A DNA stretch of 64,000 nucleotides from an uncultured Verrucomicrobia subdivision 3 bacterium (GTDB lineage: Bacteria; Verrucomicrobiota; Verrucomicrobiia; Limisphaerales; UBA11358), in the NCBI GenBank assembly GCA_903872345.1, contig CAIQKM010000017.1, positions 133,385-197,384 of the forward strand. Reading direction: 5' to 3'. Below are positions 11,301 to 20,107 of the stretch, one piece after another (the first letter of the stretch is position 1; each line of letters opens with the position of its first letter). The notes beneath the pieces were generated by a model. That model had not been told where the DNA came from, did no database searches, and worked only from the letters and a program-made list of their open reading frames with translations. The translations under genes were made by a program, and so were the position numbers.

Positions 11301-13413
11301 CTATTTCTACAACCTCTACGCCATGAATATCGGCGGCGTTTCCACCAATGCCACCGTGGTCGTTCTCGGCGCCCCTATCGCGCCTGGCCTGAGCGCCATT
11401 GCTGGCAACACCCTGGTCACCCTGAACTGGAGCGCCGTCGTGGGGGCCACCAATTACACGTTGCAAACCGCCACCAACAGCGGGGGACCTTACACCACGC
11501 TGGTGAACACCACGAACACCACCTTCATCCACTCCAATCTCGTCAACGGCACGACCTATTACTACGTCGTCTATTCGCAGGGGCCCAACGGTCAAAGCCC
11601 GCTCTCCACCGAAGCCTCGGCCACGCCGTCGCTGGCGGCGGGCGGATTTTTCTGGATCAACACCCTCACCAGTGCGGCGCAAAGTTGGAATGTAACCAGC
11701 AATTGGAACATTGGCACCGCCTTCCCCAACGGCGCGCAAACCATTGTCACCGTCAACTCGGCCATCGCCGCCGCGCAAACCATCAACTTAAACCAGGCCA
11801 TCACCGTCGGTTCGCTCAGCCTTGGTACCGGCGGCGGAGCCTTCACACTGGCGGCGGGCGGGGGCGGCCTGACCTTTGATAATACTCCCGGAACCGCCAC
11901 ACTGTTGGAATTGCCCGCCAGCAAGGGCGACATCATTGCCGCGCCGCTCACGGTGAACGGCAGCCTGCTGGTGACCAATGCCTCGACTAATACGTTGAGC
12001 ATTTCCGGAAATATCTCCGGCACCGGCAGCACGCTATCCCTCTGCGGCAACACGACCTTGAGTGGTACGGACAGCTACACCGGCGGCACCACGCTGAACA
12101 GCGGCACCCTCACCTTTTCCGCCGGCAGCGCCATCCCCGCCAGCGGCACGTTGACACTGAATGGCACCGCCTCCGTAAACGTCGTCACTGCCAACGGCCT
12201 GCCCAGCGTCCTGATCAACGGAACAAATACCATCACCGGCAACGGCACCAGCGGCACCGGCATTGCCAGCCTGAATGATGCCGGCCAGCTCACCCTCTAC
12301 ATCAGCGGCGGCAGCAAAGTATTCGATCTTACCGGTGCGGTTTCCGGCAGCGGCACCCTCACCCTCGGCAGCGCGGCCATTACTCTGCGTTTGAACGGCA
12401 CCTCCGGCAATACCGGCACCATTTTTAACCTCGGCACCGGCAACAATTATTGCAACATCCGCAACGGTCCCTTTGGCATCGCTTTGGGCGGACTCGCGGG
12501 CGGTGCCAACACGTTTCTGCAAGGCGCCAGCTCGGCATCCACCACAGCCACGTTTACCATCGGCGGGGCCAATGCCAACACCCGTTTTGACGGCACCATT
12601 CAAAATGGCGGCTACACCGGCAACCCGGCCGTCGTCATTGTGAAAACCGGCTCCGGCACCCAAACGCTAACCGGCGCGAACACCTATACCGGCGGCACCA
12701 GCATCAATGGCGGCACCCTGCTCGTCAGCAACCTCACCGGCAGTGCGACCGGCTCCGGCGCGGTCACCGTGGCCAGCGGCGGCACCCTCGCCGGCAGCGG
12801 CATCATATCCGGCAACGTCACCGTCAATTCCGGCGGCACCCTCGCGCCCGGCAACGCCGCCACCACCCTGACCCTCGGAAACAATCTGACGCTCGCCAGC
12901 GGGAGCACAACGATCATGCAACTTTCGCACTCCCCCATGAACAGCACAACGGTGGCACTGAGCGGCACGCTGAACGCCGGCGGCACCTTGATCGTCACCA
13001 ACGCCGGCGGCACCGCCCTGACGGCCGGGGACACCTTCAACCTGTTCAATGCCGCCAGTTACAGCGGCAGCTTTGCCAGCGGCAGCTTTGCCAGCGTCAC
13101 CCTGCCCGCGCTGGCAACGGGCCTGGCCTGGAACACCGCCGCCTTGAATGCCAGCGGCATCCTGTCCGTGGCGGTGGCAAGCAAACCGGTTTTTGGAAAT
13201 CTGTCCGTGACGGCGAATGGCTTGAATTTCTCCGGTACCGGCGGTGTGGCCAACGCCAACTATTATCTGCTTGGCAGCACCAACCCTGCCACCACGATCA
13301 GCAACTGGACCCGCTTACTGACGAACCAGTTTGATAGCAATGGCAACTTTAACTTTACCAACAGCATCAAAGCCAATACTCCGCAATCCTACTATCAGCT
13401 GCAGCTGCCATGA
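8374..13413 (+). CDS. giant secreted rhamnogalacturonan lyase (PL4-like) with four Fn3-like modules and autotransporter-associated beta-strand repeat (PATR) region
   Basis: The N-terminal ~650 aa follow the PL4 RG-lyase pattern (VTLTDSGSTVTIANG..., GPYFIYCNN, RGAIAGKFVINDSGN, YQFWVKTDSNGNFTLPNVIAGANYTLYAFGPG). Four Fn3-like units follow (e.g. VSLTWNASPGASFYSLWRS, ITLNWSAVSGAIGYAIYRG). Then many G-T-L-T/N-T-Y-T-G-G-T repeats (GANTYTGGTSINGGTLLVSN). The GTG start at 8374 is uncertain. Confidence 0.8.
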   Translation: MINPRLTPCPAPIFAVKSFWANCLFTLTIWLLTGWLAWGNIAGGGTGTGPAVTLTDSGSTVTIANGIISLLCTKSGATINQINYTYNNGGGTVTNQLLNGGNNGGQLYWELGGFGTGSYTYTLVSDPASNGGAYAEISLLSSSGTNGLMEVHFSLLRGSTGFYVTAIWGHRSTDGPMGMGETRDNIYAGSLFNWMSVDATRNRVMEVSGGSAIGVQGAPVEVSLWTNGMYAGQYEDKYKYSADLGVNHVWGWSSVGVAGKNVGLWNISASSEYCNGGPLKRELMEHIGTTILNMHNGGHYNMGTDGNFANGEIWTKVYGPYFIYCNNVTNTLTSTNLAAQALYNDALAQGAAEQAAWPYYWFTNANYALAGGRGAIAGKFVINDSGNPNASAGGLWVGAIQQPVTSTGTYDFQQWMKPYQFWVKTDSNGNFTLPNVIAGANYTLYAFGPGAPAIFMSQNQTGGNPPVLRDLPATPFAVTVTGGATNNLGTVTWTPARVGPTVFEIGYPSRVGNKFRHGDDWWVGEIGPSPAYPSPIWSRWLEYPFDFPSGLNYVVGSSRWNTDWNFILPVVTDSAGNYNNSTATITFNLATTPTNGAQACLYLGLTSDYYSAIILTVNGNNLGSVSGVSGTPTTSIPTSGYYTGYSDSDSNIREGNNAAASDERVTFPGSQLHAGANTITIGIRQIGGSYFADHAMYDYLRLELTGYVPPAPASVLAYPGNNCNLVCWPVTPGATSYNLLRSTTSGTNYVSITNGVTGPVCGSGTNNATYLDTTAVNGTTYYYVVRSINPTGSSTNSPPSAAVTPSTGIAATATAAPTGLTVSATGHQSVSLTWNASPGASFYSLWRSTLVNTGGGSSNTLSTIPLNNTNTGTTFTDNTLTDGSIYSYTITATGPGGTSTNSAAVIGVPLPAAPATAPGSLTGSFVTTNITLNWSAVSGAIGYAIYRGTSASGPFTYLQTITETTYKDYGLNTNNNYFYNLYAMNIGGVSTNATVVVLGAPIAPGLSAIAGNTLVTLNWSAVVGATNYTLQTATNSGGPYTTLVNTTNTTFIHSNLVNGTTYYYVVYSQGPNGQSPLSTEASATPSLAAGGFFWINTLTSAAQSWNVTSNWNIGTAFPNGAQTIVTVNSAIAAAQTINLNQAITVGSLSLGTGGGAFTLAAGGGGLTFDNTPGTATLLELPASKGDIIAAPLTVNGSLLVTNASTNTLSISGNISGTGSTLSLCGNTTLSGTDSYTGGTTLNSGTLTFSAGSAIPASGTLTLNGTASVNVVTANGLPSVLINGTNTITGNGTSGTGIASLNDAGQLTLYISGGSKVFDLTGAVSGSGTLTLGSAAITLRLNGTSGNTGTIFNLGTGNNYCNIRNGPFGIALGGLAGGANTFLQGASSASTTATFTIGGANANTRFDGTIQNGGYTGNPAVVIVKTGSGTQTLTGANTYTGGTSINGGTLLVSNLTGSATGSGAVTVASGGTLAGSGIISGNVTVNSGGTLAPGNAATTLTLGNNLTLASGSTTIMQLSHSPMNSTTVALSGTLNAGGTLIVTNAGGTALTAGDTFNLFNAASYSGSFASGSFASVTLPALATGLAWNTAALNASGILSVAVASKPVFGNLSVTANGLNFSGTGGVANANYYLLGSTNPATTISNWTRLLTNQFDSNGNFNFTNSIKANTPQSYYQLQLP

Positions 13414-13416
13414 ACT

Positions 13417-14820
13417 TCAGTCCAGGGTGACGATGCGAAAAAAACACGCGGTCGGGACAGCAGTGTTGGTGGCGGTACCTGTCCCCCCGGCAGCACCGGT
13501 GCCACCCGTTCCGTCCGAAGTTGAACCGCTCCCCGCCGCCGTCGCCGCCGGGACGATGAATTGGTAAGTCGTGTCCGTCGGAATCACCGTCTGGACATCC
13601 GTCCAGTTCACCAAGTCGCTGGAGGACTGGATCACATAATGCCACTCTGGCACGCAGGTCATCTTTGCCTGGAACGATGCGTTGGCATATTGCCACCCCT
13701 GCCATTGCACAATCGGCGGCGGACCCAGCGGCACATAAGTAAAATTGGTCATCACCAACTCCACCGGCTGGTTGCCCTGCGGCGGCGTGCCATTCTCCAG
13801 CCAGAGATTGATATGCACCTGCTCGCCGCCGGCCGGCGGGACGCCAATGGCACAATTCCACGTCGCCAGAATGTTCGTGGCCGCCGGTGGCGAAACATAC
13901 CGCCCGTTCAGGCTTTGATAGGCCACGTTCGTGGACTGCCAAGTGAAGCTGTGGGTGGAATTCGTGACCGTGACCGGCAGGGAAAAGTTGAGCACCTGCC
14001 CATAGTTGTAGGGCGAAATTGCATAGTCCTCCACATCACTGGGCCCGTAGGAGTATTCCCAGCGGGACTGCTCAATGTCAATTTCCCGGTCGTTATAGGC
14101 GGCGTCATCGCTCCACGTGAACATGCCCAGCACCACGTTCGAGCCCAGCACGCTCACCGGGCTGTTCACGCTGAAGCGATACTGGCCATAGCCGAGGCTG
14201 CGGTTGTTGATGATCTCCGGGCACAGCCACTCGCCATTCGTATAGGTGATTTTCAGGTGCAGATATCCCAGCGAATCCACCCAGCTGTTATTCGTGCTGT
14301 CGGTAAAATAATTCGGCCCGGGACCATCCGTGCTGCTGCCGCTGGATTTCAGCGACCAGGTGTAACCGGAGAACTTGAGCTGGCGCACCGCCGGATTCGT
14401 GCGAATCACATACGCCTCCGCCAGGGCATCAGCGGGAATCACCAGACTATTGGTCCCGTTGCCACATGGCGCGCTGTAATTCGACGGCACCACCACGGCG
14501 GCGATTTCCGTTGCATTCGTATCCGAGGGAACCGTGGTGATATCCGCGCTCCAGCTGCCGTTGCTTTGGATCGTGGTCAACTGGCTGGCGCAATAGGGTT
14601 TGCTGTACCAGCCGCCCGCCACAAAAATAAACACCGCCACACTGTTGGTCGCTGGGTTGACATTGCGAACATAGCCTTCCAGATTGCCAAACGTGCCAAA
14701 CGGCGGGGTGTTGGTCACCACTATGAGGGGTGTGGCCGCGCTGGCTGAAAACACTTGGATAACCAGCAAAAACAAAGAACACGGGAAAATGCGAAGCCGG
14801 GAATTTGCCTTCTGAATCAT
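13417..14820 (-). CDS. secreted concanavalin-like glucanase (GH16-like) protein
   Basis: Signal peptide MIQKANSRLRIFPCSLFLLVIQVFSASA. ExDxE catalytic-type motif in NDREIDIEQSRWEY within a beta-jelly-roll-like region. Gly/Thr linker and C-terminal W...FFRIVTLD tail. Converges on the RG lyase with a 3-nt gap. Confidence 0.55.
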   Translation of the reverse strand: MIQKANSRLRIFPCSLFLLVIQVFSASAATPLIVVTNTPPFGTFGNLEGYVRNVNPATNSVAVFIFVAGGWYSKPYCASQLTTIQSNGSWSADITTVPSDTNATEIAAVVVPSNYSAPCGNGTNSLVIPADALAEAYVIRTNPAVRQLKFSGYTWSLKSSGSSTDGPGPNYFTDSTNNSWVDSLGYLHLKITYTNGEWLCPEIINNRSLGYGQYRFSVNSPVSVLGSNVVLGMFTWSDDAAYNDREIDIEQSRWEYSYGPSDVEDYAISPYNYGQVLNFSLPVTVTNSTHSFTWQSTNVAYQSLNGRYVSPPAATNILATWNCAIGVPPAGGEQVHINLWLENGTPPQGNQPVELVMTNFTYVPLGPPPIVQWQGWQYANASFQAKMTCVPEWHYVIQSSSDLVNWTDVQTVIPTDTTYQFIVPAATAAGSGSTSDGTGGTGAAGGTGTATNTAVPTACFFRIVTLD

Positions 14821-14941
14821 TGTAAATTATAGCACAAATTACCTTCCTAGCAAACGGGAGTTGATAACTTGACTGACTAATAAGGCCGGCGGAACCGGGC
14901 ATCCCGCCAATACCAAACCTTACTCCTTTGCCAGCAATCTG

Positions 14942-16129
14942 CTAACGCTTGACCGGCTTGTCCGTCTCGTACGTGAAGCTGGAAAAGATCTGCAGAAAAT
15001 CCGCCGCCGGGACATCAAAGACGCCGCGTTCGGTGGGATAGCCATTCACCAATCCCGCCGGCCCGGTGGGTTTCACGTGATTGCCCCAAGGATTAAACAT
15101 CCGCACCATATGGGTGGTGGGACTGTAATCCAGCACCGCCAGCACATGGCCATGCGGAATGCCTTTCGGCAGAGTCTTGTCCTTGCGCGTGCCGGTCGCC
15201 ATCAACCGGTGATCAGCCGTCAGCTTCACCAGCAAATCGTGCAGCTTTTGCGGCGCCCCCGCCGGATCCTCCTTCAGCCAGCGACCCGTCGGCACGCCGG
15301 CGGTTTTATGACCGGTCAACCGCGAAATCACCGGCGCATAGTAACCGCCCCGTCCGATCAGATCCGTCACCACTGCGTCATCAGGTGCCAATTCCTCACC
15401 GGTCTTTGCCTCCCGCGCCTCCACGCTGAAATGCGCATACGCCTTTTCCAAAACCGACAGCCAGATCCCATGGTTGCTGCCCTCGGTCGCCCCCATGAGC
15501 AGTTCCGCATCCGTCACCGGGGCAACAGATATGTCCCGGCCATTGCCAAAATGAACGTCGTAACCGCCATCCATCCGTGGCCGGACCATCGCGCGAATGG
15601 CCTGCGGATGCTGGTAAACCATGGACCCGATGACCGCCAGCAAATAGCAGTCGCCCATGCCGCCCTGATGAAAGTTGGCCAGGTTGGGATCTTCCGGCAG
15701 GAACAGGGAATGATTGATGGACTGGATATGCCGGCCGTAACGGATTATCAGCCGTTGAATTTGCGGATCGTCCGCCAGGGCCTGAACCTCCGGCAAGGTC
15801 AGAGTTTTGGTGTCATCGGTTTCATCCGTATGCAAGCGCCGGCGCAGCACGGCCGCCAGCGCAGATTCATCGCCGTGTATCTGCGGATCTTCAATGACCG
15901 CGTTGACCTCCTTTAAATCAATTTTCCCATCATGATTACGGTCCCACCGGTAAAAAGCCGCCGTAAACGCCTGTTGAAAATTTACGTTCTGCTGTTCCTG
16001 ATCGATGGCCGGTTTGGGCTTGGACTTGGCTTTGGGCCCGGCTTCACAAATCCCGACCGTCATCACGACAACGACCGACCAGACCAGACTGAGGTGAAGA
16101 TAGCGGCTGGAATAAAAACCGGGGTTCAT
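14942..16129 (-). CDS. membrane-anchored calpain-like cysteine protease (peptidase C2) with N-terminal EF-hand
   Basis: Canonical EF-hand loop DRNHDGKIDLKE. Calpain catalytic motifs are all present: Cys in QGGMGDCYLLAVIGS, His in HGHVLAVLDY, Asn in RMFNPWGN. N-terminal hydrophobic anchor LSLVWSVVVVMTVGI. Confidence 0.75.
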   Translation of the reverse strand: MNPGFYSSRYLHLSLVWSVVVVMTVGICEAGPKAKSKPKPAIDQEQQNVNFQQAFTAAFYRWDRNHDGKIDLKEVNAVIEDPQIHGDESALAAVLRRRLHTDETDDTKTLTLPEVQALADDPQIQRLIIRYGRHIQSINHSLFLPEDPNLANFHQGGMGDCYLLAVIGSMVYQHPQAIRAMVRPRMDGGYDVHFGNGRDISVAPVTDAELLMGATEGSNHGIWLSVLEKAYAHFSVEAREAKTGEELAPDDAVVTDLIGRGGYYAPVISRLTGHKTAGVPTGRWLKEDPAGAPQKLHDLLVKLTADHRLMATGTRKDKTLPKGIPHGHVLAVLDYSPTTHMVRMFNPWGNHVKPTGPAGLVNGYPTERGVFDVPAADFLQIFSSFTYETDKPVKR

Positions 16130-16147
16130 GGTGCAGCCTTCTCACCC

Positions 16148-17569
16148 TCACTTCCCCTGTGCCGCCGCCGCATCGCGATAGCGGTAGGTGGAGGCCGCCA
16201 GGCTGAACAGAATGGCCACCACAAACGTCAGGCCCGCGTAGAGCATAAATCGGTCGGTGCTCACCGAGGCGGAACTGTTGGTGGCACTGGCCAGAACTTT
16301 GGTGAGGACCGCCACGAGCAAATCCCCGAAGGCCACCGTCAACAGCCAGAAACTCATGATACTGCTCTTCATTTCCGGGGCCGCTTCGCGAAAGGCGAAT
16401 TCCAAACCGGTCGTGGAAATCAGCACTTCCGCCAAGGTAAGCACCACGTAGGGTACCGCCTGCCAGAGCACGCTCAACTGCACCCCGGCTTCAATCTGCT
16501 TTTGCAACGCGGCCACGATCAGGTAGGAAGCCGACGCGAGAAACATGCCATACGCCATCCGGCGCAGCGGTGCGGCAAATTTTCCAATCACCGGATAAAC
16601 CAGCAGCGTCAGCAACGGCACCAGCACCATCACAATTGCCGGGTTGGCGGATTGCATCTCCTCCGCGCCAATGCTAAAGCCCAGAATACTGGCGGGCACC
16701 ATTTTTTCGCCCTGCAACACCCAGGTGGTATTGGTCTGGTCAAAGAGCGACCAGAATACCGGCACCAGCGCGAAAACAAACAGGACCGGCAGCACCGACC
16801 GCGCAGCGTCCACCTCCTTGTCACTGAAACGGGTGCGGGCTTTGGCCCAGAATCCCGCCTGACCACTCGCAGAAGGGATGAACAGCGTCGTGAAAATCAC
16901 CTGGAAAAACCCGGCGTTCTTCGTTTCGCGGCTGGTGGGCACGCGGACATAATGCTTGGTGCCCAGCCAGAAAACGAAGGTGGCAATCGCCATCAGGATG
17001 CCGGGAACGCCAAAAGCAATGCTGTAGCCGTAATGATTTTTGAACCAGGGAATGACGAGGAACGAAAAAAAGGAACCGAGGTTGATGGACCAGTAAAACG
17101 CCCCATAAGCTTTTTGCAACAAATGCCCCTGTTCCGGCTTAAACTGGTCGCCCATAAAGGCCGAGACGCATGGTTTGATTCCACCAGAGCCGAAAGCAAT
17201 CAGGCCCAACCCGGTGCAAAGCAAGACCATCTTGCCATGCACACTCCCCGCCAAATCACTGCACGCCAGCACCCCGTGACCGGCGCAATAAAACAAGGAA
17301 ACCCAAAGAATGGTATGGTAGCGGCCGATCACCTTGTCGGACAGCCACGCCCCGAGCAGCGGCATGAAATAATTCACAAACACAAACAAGTGAACAATTT
17401 CTGTGGCCTGATCATCGGTCTGCCCGAGGCCGCCCTGGAGCACCGCCCCGGTAATGTACCCGGCCAGAATGCTGCGCATGCCGTAATAGCTGAAGCGCTC
17501 GCAGGCCTCGTTGCCAATGATGTATTTGATCTGCGCCGGCCAGCGATTTTCCACGGTTGGGGAACTCAT
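16148..17569 (-). CDS. proton-dependent oligopeptide transporter (POT/PTR2 family, DtpT-like)
   Basis: 473-aa MFS ORF with the PTR2 signature region GNEACERFSYYGMRSILAGYI. 18-nt gap to the downstream calpain-like gene on the same strand. Confidence 0.85.
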   Translation of the reverse strand: MSSPTVENRWPAQIKYIIGNEACERFSYYGMRSILAGYITGAVLQGGLGQTDDQATEIVHLFVFVNYFMPLLGAWLSDKVIGRYHTILWVSLFYCAGHGVLACSDLAGSVHGKMVLLCTGLGLIAFGSGGIKPCVSAFMGDQFKPEQGHLLQKAYGAFYWSINLGSFFSFLVIPWFKNHYGYSIAFGVPGILMAIATFVFWLGTKHYVRVPTSRETKNAGFFQVIFTTLFIPSASGQAGFWAKARTRFSDKEVDAARSVLPVLFVFALVPVFWSLFDQTNTTWVLQGEKMVPASILGFSIGAEEMQSANPAIVMVLVPLLTLLVYPVIGKFAAPLRRMAYGMFLASASYLIVAALQKQIEAGVQLSVLWQAVPYVVLTLAEVLISTTGLEFAFREAAPEMKSSIMSFWLLTVAFGDLLVAVLTKVLASATNSSASVSTDRFMLYAGLTFVVAILFSLAASTYRYRDAAAAQGK

Positions 17570-17923
17570 TCGTATATTTTAGAGAAGGATTGTTGCCGCC
17601 GATTTTGAAACCATGTCCGACCGGCCACAGCACGGGCGGGCATGGAAAACTCCCGTAAGTTTTCCGGCTGTTGTCCACCAACCGCCAGCATACTCCAAAT
17701 TCCTGCCGGGCTTCTGCTGGTTTTCAAAATTCAAAACCATGGGCCAAAATAACCGGGGCGTTCCGCTATTTCCAGCGCTATTTGCGCCGATGACGCCAAA
17801 AATTACCATTTCTTCATTTATAGCGAGGGATTGAACGATGGGTCGGGAATAGGCAACCCCATTTTGCCGCTTGCCTCACAATCCGCGCCAAAACATATTC
17901 AATCAGAACGAGCTGATTAGCCC

Positions 17924-18643
17924 ATGACCAAATCTACCGTCACCCAAATCCGGGAACGTTTTGACGCCGATGTCGAACGGTTCTCCAACCTCGAAACCGG
18001 CCAATCCGCCACGATTGATGCGCCGCTGTCCTTGGCGTTGATTGCGGCGACGGCCGCACGCGTTACGCCTCACGCCACCGCGCTGCTGGATGTCGGCTGC
18101 GGGGCGGGTAATTATTCGCTCATGATTCTGGAGCAACTGCCAAACCTGGATGTGACGCTGGTGGACCTCAGTCGCCCGATGCTCGACCGCGCCGTAGAAC
18201 GCGTAAGCCGCGCCACCGCCGGCCGGGTGACGGCGCTGCAAGGCGACATCCGCGAGCTGCCGCTGGCGGCAGGGCAATACGATCTCATTTGCGCCGCTGC
18301 CGTGCTGCATCACCTGCGGGAAACGGCCGAATGGCATCAAGTCTTTGCCCAATTTTACACTGCACTCCGGCCCGGCGGTTCCCTGTGGATCTCCGATCTC
18401 ATCGAACATTCGGATGCCCGGGTGCAGTCGCTCATGTGGGAACGCTACGGCGCCTACCTGGCGCAGCTCAAGGACGAAGCTTATCGCGACCATGTCTTTG
18501 ACTACATTGCCAAAGAGGATTCTCCGCGTCCGCTCTTGTTTCAACTGGACCTGCTGCGCACCGTGGGATTCAGCCAGGTGGAACTATTGCACAAGAACAG
18601 TTGTTTCGCGGCGTTTGGTGGAATTAAGGCAGGCAGCCTATGA
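17924..18643 (+). CDS. class I SAM-dependent methyltransferase
   Basis: SAM-binding motif I LLDVGCGAGNYSL, followed by an acidic residue in LVDLS and motif-post-I features. 239 aa. The 3' end overlaps the convergent ilvA by 6 nt. Confidence 0.7.
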   Translation: MTKSTVTQIRERFDADVERFSNLETGQSATIDAPLSLALIAATAARVTPHATALLDVGCGAGNYSLMILEQLPNLDVTLVDLSRPMLDRAVERVSRATAGRVTALQGDIRELPLAAGQYDLICAAAVLHHLRETAEWHQVFAQFYTALRPGGSLWISDLIEHSDARVQSLMWERYGAYLAQLKDEAYRDHVFDYIAKEDSPRPLLFQLDLLRTVGFSQVELLHKNSCFAAFGGIKAGSL

Positions 18644-19888
18644 ACTGATGCCCCCCAAGCCGCCATTCCACAACTCCACCCCGTTCTCCGCCAGCCGTTG
18701 CTTCACCACCTCAATATGGTGACGGTCATGCGTCTCCACCGTGCACAGCACATGCACGCGCGACAGGTCCGGACCCGCAAATGTGCGGTTATGGACAATC
18801 TCCGTCACGTTCGCCCCGGCCGCCGCCAGCACGCCCGCGAGATGCGCCAGCGCCCCCGGCCGGTCATTCAGCAGTACATCGAAACGCCAGATGCGTCCGT
18901 CCGCCGCCAGACCGCGTTCGATCACGCGGCTGTGCGCCAGCGGATCAATGTTCCCGCCGCTTAACAACAGTACCACCCGCTTGCCCGCCAGTTCCGGCAA
19001 TTTGCCGTCCAGCAACGCCGCCAGTCCAGCCGCCCCGGAACCTTCAATGATGCACTTTTCCAATTCCGCCAGCCGCAGGATCGCCAGCGCCAGCGATTCC
19101 TCGCTCACCGCCACCAGCCGATGGGCCAGCGGCTTTACTATCGCCAGCGTCTGTTTACCCGCCTCGGCCACCGCCAGACCGTCGGCCAGCGTGTATTGTG
19201 TGTTGATTCGCACCGGCGCGCCCGCAGTCAGGCCGGCGGCAAAACTCGCGGCATTTGCCGGCTCAATCCCAATCACCTGCAAATCCGGTTTCAACGCCTG
19301 CAACACTGTGGACATCCCCGCGAGCAGTCCGCCGCCGCCCACCGGCACCAGGACTACCTCGGCGTCCGGCGCCTGCTCCAGTATTTCAAATGCCATCGTC
19401 CCCTGCCCCGCGATCACGTGCGGATGATCAAACGGATGGATGTACGTCAATTGTCCTTCCGCAGATAACCGCGCCGCCTCGCGCCGCGCCTCGTCATAAG
19501 TGTCCCCATGCAACACCACGTTGGCGCCGAACTGGCGACACCGCGAAACCTTGACCAACGGCGCGAACCTCGGCATCACCACCGTCACCGGCACGCCCAG
19601 CAACCGCCCGTGCCACGACAGCCCCAGCGCATGATTACCCGCCGACGCCGCGATTACCCCGCGCCGCGCCTGCTCCGTCGTGAGTTGCGCCAACGCATTG
19701 CGCGCCCCGCGCTCCTTGAAGCTCCCCGTGCGCTGCAAATGCTCCTGCTTGCAGAAAATCCTCACCCCAGTCAATTCGCTCAACGCCGCCGACTCCACGC
19801 ACGGCGTGCGCACAATCGCGCCATTCAGGCGCGCGCGCGCCGCCACGATTTCGGACAGGGTCACCGGAGAGGCTGTTTGGGTATTCAT
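18638..19888 (-). CDS. ilvA: threonine ammonia-lyase (threonine dehydratase)
   Basis: PLP-attachment motif HLQRTGSFKERGARNAL, glycine loop PVGGGGLLAG, C-terminal ACT-like regulatory domain. ATG at 19888 is preferred; the track start 19912 is a TTG lying inside the T-tract of the upstream terminator. Confidence 0.85.
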   Translation of the reverse strand: MNTQTASPVTLSEIVAARARLNGAIVRTPCVESAALSELTGVRIFCKQEHLQRTGSFKERGARNALAQLTTEQARRGVIAASAGNHALGLSWHGRLLGVPVTVVMPRFAPLVKVSRCRQFGANVVLHGDTYDEARREAARLSAEGQLTYIHPFDHPHVIAGQGTMAFEILEQAPDAEVVLVPVGGGGLLAGMSTVLQALKPDLQVIGIEPANAASFAAGLTAGAPVRINTQYTLADGLAVAEAGKQTLAIVKPLAHRLVAVSEESLALAILRLAELEKCIIEGSGAAGLAALLDGKLPELAGKRVVLLLSGGNIDPLAHSRVIERGLAADGRIWRFDVLLNDRPGALAHLAGVLAAAGANVTEIVHNRTFAGPDLSRVHVLCTVETHDRHHIEVVKQRLAENGVELWNGGLGGISS

Positions 19889-19903
19889 ATTGGTTTGATT
19901 TTT

Positions 19904-19937
19904 AAAAAACAAAAAACCCTGAGTGTTAAACTCAGGG
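19904..19937 (-). terminator. rho-independent terminator ending the FIST/hybrid-kinase operon
   Basis: Minus strand reads ccctgag-tttaaca-ctcaggg followed by TTTTTTGTTTTTT. Lies ~170 nt downstream of the kinase stop codon. Confidence 0.85.
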
Positions 19938-20107
19938 CTTTCGGAAATTAGCGGCAGTTTATCAATGCGCGTTCATCCCCGCCCCGAGCCGGAGCGAATA
20001 ATAATCGCCATGTTCATCATGGCCGATGAGAAGAAACGCATCATTGCGAATGAGTTCTACCGCACGGCGGGCGGAATGTCAAGGCGGTGAAGCCGGCCGA
20101 CAACGGC

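Noticed and set aside
10174-11778. 534-aa minus-strand ORF inside the RG lyase gene, with other long antisense ORFs of the same type at 8533..9393, 12034..12663 and 10539..11879
   Set aside because: Gly/Arg/Ala-rich mirror translations of the Fn3 and repeat region. The plus-strand frame has coherent domain architecture.
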